Of a DNA stretch of 64,000 bases, positions 52,410-61,800 are shown piece after piece. This DNA comes from Pristiophorus japonicus (Eukaryota): positions 10,292,001-10,356,000 of the forward strand of contig NC_091999.1 of NCBI RefSeq assembly GCF_044704955.1. Direction: 5' to 3'. Within the stretch, counting starts at the first letter, position 1. Each line of letters starts with the position of its first letter. The position numbers and the translations under genes are program-made. The notes under the pieces are model-generated. The model worked only from the letters and a program-made list of their open reading frames with translations, was not told the DNA's origin and did not search any database.

Positions 52410-55400
52410 AAAGAAACATAGAAAATAGGTGCAGGAGCAGACTATTCGGCCCCTCGAGCCGACCACGCCTTTCAATATGATCACGGCTGATCATTCAGCC
52501 ACTGTACTCCACCCCAGCCTTCTCTCCATACGCCCTGATCCATTTAGCCGTAAGGATCTAATTCCCTTTTGAATAGATCCAATGAACTGGACTCAAAAAA
52601 CTACTGTGGCAGAGAATTCCACAGGTTCACAACTCTTTTGATGAATCAGTTTCTCCTCATCTCGTCCTATGTGGCTTACCCCTTGTCCTTAGACTGTGTG
52701 CAATGGTTCTGGACTTCCCCAACATCGGGAACATTCTTCCTGCATCTAACGTGTCCAGTCCCGTCAGAATTCTTTATGTTTATAAATTCCAGTGAGTATA
52801 AGCCTAGCCGATCCAATCTTTCCTCCTATGTTAGCCATCCCTGGAATCAGTTTGGTTAATCTTCGCTGCACTCCCTCAAAGGCAAGCACGTCCTTCCTCA
52901 GATTCGGAGACCAAAACTGCACACAATATTCAAGGCTTGGCCTCAGCAAGGACCTGTACAACTGCAATAAAACCTCCCTGCTCCTATACTCAAATACTCT
53001 CGCTATGAAGGCCAATATGCCATGTGCTTTCTGCACCGCCTGCTGTACCTGCATGCCAACTTTCAATGACTGATATACCATGACATCCAGGTCTCGTTGC
53101 ACCTCCCTTTTTCATAATCTGTCAAAATTCGGAAAAAATTCTGGCTTCCTGTTTTTGCCACCAAAGTGAATAATCTCACATTTTTCTACATTATACAAAA
53201 TCTGCCATGCATTTGCCCACTCAGCTAACCTGTCCAATCACATTGCAGCTTCTTAGCATCATCCTCACAACTCACACGACCACCCAGCGGAATGTCACCT
53301 GCAAACTTGGAGATATTACATTCGCATCCTTCCTTTAAATCATTAATGTAAATTGTGAATAGCTGAGGACCCAGCACTCAAACCTGTGCTACCCCATTAG
53401 CCATTCTGAAAAGGACACGTTTATTCCTACCCTTTGTTTCCTGTCTGCCAATCAGTTCTCTATCCACATCAATACATTAGCCCCAACACCATGTGCTTTA
53501 ATATTGCACACTAATCTCTTGTGTGGAACCTTGTCAAAAGCCTTTTGAAATTCCAAATACACCACATCCCCGGATCCTCCCTTGTCCACTCTACTAGTTA
53601 AATACAAAGTAAGGAGGAATTTCTTCTCTCAAGAGGTTGCGAAACTTTGGGATTCTCTACCTCAGAGAATTGTGAAGTGTCGTTCATTGGATGCATTTAA
53701 GGTGGAGATATATACCGATTTTTGAACGATTACGGAGTCAAGGGTTATGGGGATCGGGCGTGGAAGAGGGGTTGAGGCCAGAATCAGATCTGCCATGATA
53801 TTTTTGAATGGTGGAGCAGGCCCGAGAAGCCAATTGGCCTACTCCGACTCCTATTTCTTATTTTCTGATGTTGTTATGTTTTCCTTACTTAATAATTCTC
53901 GTGAGGTCGCTGAGAATCCCAGGATTTATTGGCCATTCCCCAGATTTCCCTTGATAAGCTAATGGTGGTCCTTTTTCTTGGACTGCTGCATTTCTGCTCT
54001 TTGCACCCGTTTGATACAATTGACTGGCTTACTAGGCCACTTCACCGAACTGTCAGGAGATAACTAATGTTGTGTATGACACCGGAGTCCCACAAGGGAC
54101 AGAGGTGGACAAAGCGACAGTTTTCCTGCCCAATTAAGAACGTTGGTGATGTAGTTGGGGTGTTACCACAATCCGAGTTTCACGATTATTTTTACCAACA
54201 ACTGCGTCTTATTTATTTGTAAAACATTTGAATTCAAAATTCTAAACTAGCATAGTAGAAGTTGAACAAGCACACTCTAGATTATTAGCTCACACCTCGG
54301 GATTATTTGTTGAGTAAGAGAAGCAGCACACTACTACACGCCTTAAAACTTCATTTTCTTTGCATCAACCAATAGATATGACATTATCAAGAGTAATATA
54401 AACAGAGAGTTGGTTTAGTGCAGCCATAACTCAGACAGGTACAAATGTAATGTAATACGAGATATTTAGATAGAGACAGATGGAAAGAAATAGATAGAGA
54501 AGCAGATTGAAATGAAGAGAAGAGAGTAAGAGATAATGAGAGAGTGAAACAATGCAAGAAAGAGACAGAGAGAGATACAGAGCAAAGCACAGAGAGAGTG
54601 AGAGCGAGAGAGATACAGAAAAAGGGACATTGTGAGAGACAGAGAGACAGGTAGACAGCGAGATAGGCAGACAGAGACACGAAGAAAATGAGATACATAC
54701 TGTGAGAATCAAATGGAGACGAGAGACACAGAGATAGAGAAAAAAAGAGACAGTGAAATAGAGTGACAGAGAAAGGACCACAGCGAGAGCAACAGATAGA
54801 TGAGCTGAAGAAAAGGTTTTACATCGTTAAACTAAAAAAAGGAAGAAGAGATATCAAATAATTATGAATAAAGACTGGATACAAAGGGTGAGATGGGACA
54901 GGCATGCAAAGAAAGGGCATTGAAAGAAAATGTGCCACAGATGCCGTTGCGCAGTGTATTTCTATTTTAAATGTTCTTTAAATTCACCAGCTAATTACAC
55001 CAGTGACCGTCACCGCTTCTTGTTCAGAATTGTGTTTTATTTGACTTTTAAGAAAGTCCCTGTGAGTCTCACTCTGGAGGCTGAATTATCGCTTCTGTTT
55101 ATCAGCATGAGAGCGCCCTCTGGTGAGCACTGACTGGAATTCTCAGTGTGGGTTTTTGTACGGGCTCCGCCATATATCTGCACCAGTGTGAGGCTCATGG
55201 CACAGAAATACACGGCGGTGTCTGAGAACAAGGCCTTGCTGATCGTTAGCTCGGTAATCTTAGTCGTTTTATGAAACACAGAAGAGAATCGGTCAGTGAA
55301 GTCGGGGTTTCGATTTACTGTCGTTCCAATAAGGTAAAACACGTACTGAGGGTTCTGCCCGTGGTGCTGACTGTACCAGAACACAGAAGGGCTACGATCG

Positions 55401-56030
55401 CTGGTTTTCAAGGTGCAGTTTAGTGTCACATTCCTTTCCTCTTCAACCATCATTTCGAGAGCCGACTGTTCCACTGTGTCTTGTTGGCTCCATTCTAAAA
55501 TGAAATAATAGTAATTGTCATCATCACATTATCAATTTACCAATAATAACATCAGGGGCAGAACTATTATTTATTCAAAGGAAATACTTACTGAGAAGTG
55601 ATATAATGATGAAGAGCGGTGCGAGACGGTTCCACATGATGCTCCCTGAGTCACTAACTCTGCAGTCCTGGAAATTCTCTGTCGGAGCAGCAATACAGAT
55701 CCCTGCTCCACTGCACTGCTGGTCCAACCAATGTGAAGCAGTGAACAGCGACAGCGATCTCTCCAATTACACAGGTCAGGCAAGGCGTGGCAGAGCGACA
55801 GCTGCAAAAGGAAGCTGTGGGCGTGGCTGTCACGTGCAGTGTTTTCATAGGTAGGATCCATCTGTGAGAACAGAATTCAAAATAATGTCTACTTCGCAAA
55901 TTATACAACTCTTCCTCTCGAGAAGAGCTGCGTTAATTTCACATTTATTACAAAATTGGTGGCAAGCAGATTGGCGACATGATGTGCAAAATGATTACAT
56001 TATTCGACAGTTCCCGAAATCTTCAACAGT
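52410..56030 (+). repeat. Recent direct duplicate of ~44200-47724 (CR1 pieces, GA repeat, V gene, promoter)
   Basis: Near-identical sequence, ending at cttcaacagt where the ERV LTR begins. Confidence 0.92.
55191..55637 (-). CDS. TRAV: TCR alpha/delta V segment, apparently functional (leader 55637-55592, V exon 55494-55191)
   Basis: MWNRLAPLFIIISLL; QQDTVEQ..TLNC..FWYSQ..DTAVYFCAM; RSS CACACTG-24-ACAAAAACC at 55190-55151. Confidence 0.9.
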
Positions 56031-56571
56031 TGTCGAGGAAATTTCTAAGTTAAAGTAACTCAAGCGGAGATTTCAGAGTCTTGCTTCAAGAGATTCTTTT
56101 AATATGTACAGGCGAGATATCTCGGAGAGCTGCTTGGTCCTTACCAAGGCAATACTCTCAAATTCTATAGAAACTTGTTCCATCTTTATACAGAAAAAAA
56201 GGAATTTTATCTCTAATTGACACCTACATTATTCAGGAACATTACCAGTTCTAAACAGGGCACAAAGGTCAGTTTACACAGCCCAACAGTATCTTGTCAC
56301 GTCATTATTCAATCTTTTCGAGGGTCAGCAAGATCATCACTAAAAGCCCCTCTTATCAGAGAAATCAGTTTGTCCAGGCAATGGGGGTATCTTAACATAT
56401 ACAAATACCAGATGTACAGCTTTCATGTTATCTGTTCTTTTCTAACAAAGAAGAGACATCAAGTATTTTCTGGCCTTGCAGGATTCTGCAGTCTCAGCAC
56501 AGAATTAAACTTACTAAAAGGAAGAGAGAAATTTAACCCCTTCCTATATCGTGAACTAAAGTTCTTCCACA
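56031..56571 (-). repeat. ERV 3' LTR (~541 bp)
   Basis: TGTGGAAGAA...TTCCTCGACA imperfect terminal inverted repeat; PPT aacaaggagggag immediately upstream; TATAAA 56190-56185; ATTAAA 56103-56098; end matches the break from the paralogous empty site. Confidence 0.85.
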
Positions 56572-56621
56572 ACTCCCTCCTTGTTGATCTTTTATCTTTA
56601 ATGATCAGCATGCTTTCCTTC

Positions 56622-58670
56622 TTAGAAAGAAAAGGGAGGCTCATACCCCTCGGGGTAAGGTCTCATCTCTAAACATTCTTTTTCATTATAGTCATCTAAC
56701 TGTCCCTCTATTCTGTTTAACCTTCCTTTCACGATCACATTTTTCTGCTCTATTTTTTCTACTAGGTTCATTACTTGTCCTAACAGGGATCTTACTTTCA
56801 GCCCCATTCCACAGACAATTAGCAGCAGAATCAGCAAAATTACACCAAGTACTACTATCGGGTGTATTGCCAGTTTTAATACCGCTGTTGCCCTGGGGGA
56901 CCAGCCTAGGAATATATCCCACCAGTGATGCGCTGTTATAGAGGTAACTGTGTTTGCTATTCGTACTAATTGTCCCTTTTTAAAACTCATTTCTATCTCA
57001 AATTGGTGAATATCTCTGCCCCGCTTGGACAATGCCTTTTCTATTTCTTTGTCATTTTGTATTAAATTATGCAGTCGGGTTAAATTAATTGTAGGTGGTA
57101 ATGGTTCAATTCTGTGCACCGTTAAATACTTTTCCACATTTTTCCACTGTCCAAAAGTATAAGTTCTTTTTTCTTCTGGGTTATATAGAGTGTAAACTCC
57201 TTTCACACAAATATTAATAGGAGGTATATATAAAATCCCGTCTAAGTAGACGGGTTTATTTCCTGTTAGGCAAACTTCGTTTTGGCCTATCTCTGAGACC
57301 TCTGTGTCATTGGCTTGTTTTAGTTCCCACTTGCATATTCCTGTCGAGTGCTGTAAAGAACATGGTTCGTGGATGGCGGTTCGGTAAGGACAAACCATCC
57401 CGAATGGCCATTTAACACATCCCCTGTCATGATGTGTTAGATTTCTTTCATCGACCCAGTCCCCTTTAAATTTTGGATACCAAAAGTTCTGTCCGAATAA
57501 TTGGGGTATTACTTGATACTGACACCAAATTTCCTTCTTAGTCATACTTATTATTTCCATTGTGATATTACATCCGTCTATATCACAGCTAGTGTATTTT
57601 TCTTGAGGTTTGAGGGCAAGATCTGGAAACTTATTGATTCCCAGTAATCTTTCCCAGGTCTCAGCGTGGAAAGATAGTATTTTCCTTTCTAACTCGGCTC
57701 TCAATAACTGTCTGATAGTCTCCTTAAACATGCAGCTGGTGTACCAATTTACCCCTTTCTGTTCCTTCATCAGGTTTTCGATTTCCTTTTCTATTTCTTT
57801 ACTTTGCCTCCACGTCATTTTGTCTGTTATGTAGCCAGATACCTGTAGTTGCTGTAGCCCTTCATCCCACGCGTTTCTCAACTCTATACTTTCTCCTATT
57901 AGTCCTCCTACAACCTGGATTTTGTTTTGCAGGGTCTCTATATCTATTGTGTTCAAGGCTCCCATTCCTACTCCTACCCCACCTAATACAGTTCCCAGCA
58001 CGTCTCGCTTTTTTCTCAAGGATCGGTCCAGTGTGACTCCAACACTGGTCGTGTTGCAACCATCCCTCTCCCTTAGCGGATATAGGATTTGTATGGTTAA
58101 ATTTACTATACCTGGGGATCTTACTACCGATATGCAGGTGGTCAATATCCGTTTTAAATGGCCCGGATCTCTGGGGGAATGCCTATTTTTATTATGTGTC
58201 CACTGTTTAATATAGGTTCCCCCATGTAGTATTTTTGTACGGTTCATGCACTTTACCCATCCTCTGTTTTCTATTTTAAAATGACAATCTTCTTCGGGGT
58301 CACAAAACGTGCCATTAGTTTCTTGGCTCTCAGCTATTTCCTTGCTGGTCAGGCATGTCATATGTACCTTCCATTTCAAGGTTATGTTAAATCCTTCCTC
58401 ACTGGTTATTTTCACTTCCCCTGATCTTGGGTCCACCCCTATTCCGCAGGCCTCACACCTTACTGTGAAGTTCCCCACTTTGCAATCCTCTTTTTCCGAA
58501 CATACATAAGTGTCCTGCTGTCCTGCTTTGTCAATCGTGCCCCAGGCCATTTCTCCTTTCCATATTTTACCTTCTTTTATAAACCTTTCTTCTGTTTTAA
58601 CTCTTCCCACTGCCAGAAGGATTAACATACCCAGTGTCCCCTGATAGTTTTGCCAGGAGTCCTTCCTCAT
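56622..58670 (-). CDS. env: Envelope glycoprotein, 682 aa
   Basis: Signal peptide, furin site RKKR (aa 219-222), Gly-rich fusion peptide, Cys-rich ectodomain, Trp-rich membrane-proximal region, TM helix, 58-aa tail. Confidence 0.92.
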   Translation of the reverse strand: MRKDSWQNYQGTLGMLILLAVGRVKTEERFIKEGKIWKGEMAWGTIDKAGQQDTYVCSEKEDCKVGNFTVRCEACGIGVDPRSGEVKITSEEGFNITLKWKVHMTCLTSKEIAESQETNGTFCDPEEDCHFKIENRGWVKCMNRTKILHGGTYIKQWTHNKNRHSPRDPGHLKRILTTCISVVRSPGIVNLTIQILYPLRERDGCNTTSVGVTLDRSLRKKRDVLGTVLGGVGVGMGALNTIDIETLQNKIQVVGGLIGESIELRNAWDEGLQQLQVSGYITDKMTWRQSKEIEKEIENLMKEQKGVNWYTSCMFKETIRQLLRAELERKILSFHAETWERLLGINKFPDLALKPQEKYTSCDIDGCNITMEIISMTKKEIWCQYQVIPQLFGQNFWYPKFKGDWVDERNLTHHDRGCVKWPFGMVCPYRTAIHEPCSLQHSTGICKWELKQANDTEVSEIGQNEVCLTGNKPVYLDGILYIPPINICVKGVYTLYNPEEKRTYTFGQWKNVEKYLTVHRIEPLPPTINLTRLHNLIQNDKEIEKALSKRGRDIHQFEIEMSFKKGQLVRIANTVTSITAHHWWDIFLGWSPRATAVLKLAIHPIVVLGVILLILLLIVCGMGLKVRSLLGQVMNLVEKIEQKNVIVKGRLNRIEGQLDDYNEKECLEMRPYPEGYEPPFSF

Positions 58671-58797
58671 CTTCCTCCCTTTGTTTTCTTCTATAATGCT
58701 CCTGAACCAATTCGTTAAAATAATAGCTTACTAGTACAATAGTAACAGTGATCTACAAGACAAAGACCCAAATTGGTATACAGGCAAGTTCTGACAT
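58597..58797 (-). pseudogene. Putative small membrane accessory ORF (66 codons, one internal TAG) overlapping the env start
   Basis: MSELACIPIWVFVL*ITVTIVLVSYYFNELVQEHYRRKQREEDEEGLLAKLSGDTGYVNPSGSGKS. Confidence 0.55.
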
Positions 58798-58892
58798 CTA
58801 GCTTGATACTTCGGGGTATTATGCTCTTAGTCCAGCCTGTCTCGGTAGAAACAAAAGGGGATGAGTACAGTTCTTTTCGGGGTGTGTCCGCC

Positions 58893-61800
58893 CTAGCTCG
58901 GTATTTCTTCTTCTTGCTGTGTTTCGTCTGGAAGGTAGTATTTACATCGGGTGGCGTGTATCCAATTTGGATGTTTTTCCAGTTTCAGGGCGGTTCTTGT
59001 TGTGAGGATTATCTGATATGGTCCCTTCCACCTAGGAGAAAAAGATTCCTTGTTTAGAGTTTTCACTAATACTTGCTCTCCCGGCCTGAAAGGGTGCATG
59101 TTTCCCTCTGACGGAGGTACTTGGGTCTGTTTTATTCGCTCATGCAGGCTTCTCGCTATTTCACACATGGCCTGAGCATATTTTAGCGACTTTTCGTCAT
59201 TCCAAATTAATGCTACCTTTTCTGCTCCTAGTGGCGGTTTCACACCAGTAGGCATTGGCCTTCCTAATAAGGCTTCATGGGGTGTCAAACCAGTATTTCG
59301 GTTCTTTTGGTTTCTTATGGTATATAGTACCAATGGAAGGGCATCTGGCCATTTTAGTCCTGTTTCTTGACATACTTTAGTAAGGGTGGACTTTATCACT
59401 CCATTGACTCTTTCCACCATGCCTGAGGACTGAGGTTGATACGGTATGTGCAATTTCCACTGGAAACCTAGCGCTTCGGCTAGATTCTGCACTATTTTTC
59501 CTGTAAAATGTGTTCCTCTGTCACTATTGATTCCCATAGGTATCCCATATCTTGGCACTATTTCTTTAAATAGGATCTTCACTACTGTTCGGGCATCATC
59601 CTTCCTTGTTGCATATGCCTCTACCCACCTTGTAAACATATCTACTATTACTAATAGATACTTAAAGCCTAATACTGGAGGCATGTGGACAAAATCAATT
59701 TGCAAATTTTCAAAGGGCATGCTTGGTTGGGGTAGATGGTCATATTCTGCAGGCGTCTTTCCTCTATTGTTTTGTTGGCAAATTTGGCAGGTTTTAGCAA
59801 TTTTCTCAATTATTACTGTTATTCCTGGTGCATACCATTGCGCATTGATAGCATGTATCATCCCTCCTTTGCCCATGTGAGCCTGACCATGAGCTAGGCG
59901 AGACAAGGGCAAAAACAAAGACCTGGGACATACAGTTCGTCCGTCAGGATGGGTCCAGATATTATTTTTTAAAAAACATCCTTGTTTCTCCCATGTTTTT
60001 CTTTCCTGCACTGTAACTTGTTGCTGTGCTATTTCAAGTTGTTGGGCGCTCAGTGTTGGCAGAGGGGAGACTGAGGCTGCCTGTAGGCAGCACGTCTGTT
60101 CCAAAGCGGCTCGTCGGGCCGCCTCGTCGGCCCTCCTATTTCCTATTGATACTTCATCTTCACCAGTTGTGTGGGCTGCGCATTTAATAACAGCAACCCT
60201 TTTTGGCAATTGAATGGCATCTATCAGGTTAAGCACTAATTGTGAGTGCTTAATATGCTTCCCGCCAGAGGTGATGAAGCCTCTGTTTTTCCATAGTTGT
60301 CCAAAATCATGGACTACACCAAATGCATATCTTGAATCGGTATATATATTAGCAGATTGATTTTTAGCTAATATACATGCTCTAGTTAGGGCGAACAATT
60401 CAGCTGCCTGTGCCGAGGTTCCGGGGGGCAAGGCAAATGCCTCAACAATTTCATATGGGTTCACAATAGCATAGCCTGCCAGGAGCAAATTGTCTGATGG
60501 TCTGTGAGACGACCCATCTGTATAAAGAATGAGATCGGGATTGTCCATTGGTTCCGTAAGCAAATCTGGTCTAGGCATGGTAGCCATCTCCACTGTTGAC
60601 AGACAGTCGTGCTGGTCTGGGTCCTCTATTTCTCTAGTGGAGCTGGTAGGAACAAAAACAGCAGGGTTTACTGCAGGCGCACGGCGAAAAGTGTAGTTAG
60701 GGTGTGACAACAGCAGCACCTCGTAGCCTGTCCTTCGGGATGCTGTGAAATGCTGAGTTGCTGCGGAATTCAACAATAACAGCACCGCATGCGCGGTGAT
60801 AACAGTGCACGGATAGTCCAATACAATTGGTACTGATTTTTCCACCATGACCGCAGTAGCGGCTACAGCACGCAGACAAGCAGGCATTCCTCGTACTACT
60901 GGGGGGAGCATTACCGAATAATAAGCAACTGGTCTATTTCCCCCACCATGTTCTTGGGTTAACACTGCTGTTGCGAATCCTTCTTTTTCATTCACATACA
61001 TTTGAAAAGGTTTCGAATAGTTCGGAAGTCCCAATGCTGGAGCGTTAGTAATAGCATTTTTTAACTGTTTAAATGCTTCTTCCCTCTCAGGGGTCCATTC
61101 CACTTTAGGTGGGGCTTCTTTTAGGGCAGCTGATCGTAGAGCCGCATCCCATTCCCGATAGTCGGGGATCCATTGTCTACAGTATCCCACCATCCCTAGA
61201 AAAGATAAAACATCCTTCTTTGTCCTTGGTGTGGGGGTGTTTTGGATGGTTTGAATTCTTTCAGGTCCCAGCTGCCTCTGCCCCTGGGATATACGAAACC
61301 CTAGGTACTGCACTTGGACTTGGCAGAATTGTAACTTTTGCAGTGAAACCCGATGCCCTCTTTCACATAGGTGCTGTAAAAGCTTTATAGAGTCTTGCAT
61401 ACATTCAAACCCGTGGCTGGAGGCCACGAGCAGATCGTCAGCGTATTGTAATAGCACCGACTGATCTGATAATGAGCAGTCCTCGAGGTCTCTTTTTACG
61501 GCTGCCGCATAAACTGCGGGGCTTTCGGTATACCCCTGGGGCAGCCTAGTCCACGTATACTGTTGTTTCTTATACGTGAAGGCAAACAAATATTGACTTT
61601 CCTCCTTTAAAGGGATGGAGAAGAATGCCGAACACAGATCTACTACAGTAAAGACAGTAGCTGTGGGTGGGATAGCGGATAGTATGATGTTGGTGTCCGG
61701 TACCACAGGTGTGATAGGGACTACTATCTTATTTATAGCTCTTAGATCTTGTACAAATCTCCACTCATTTGGTCTATTAATCTTCGGGATAGGCAGTATC

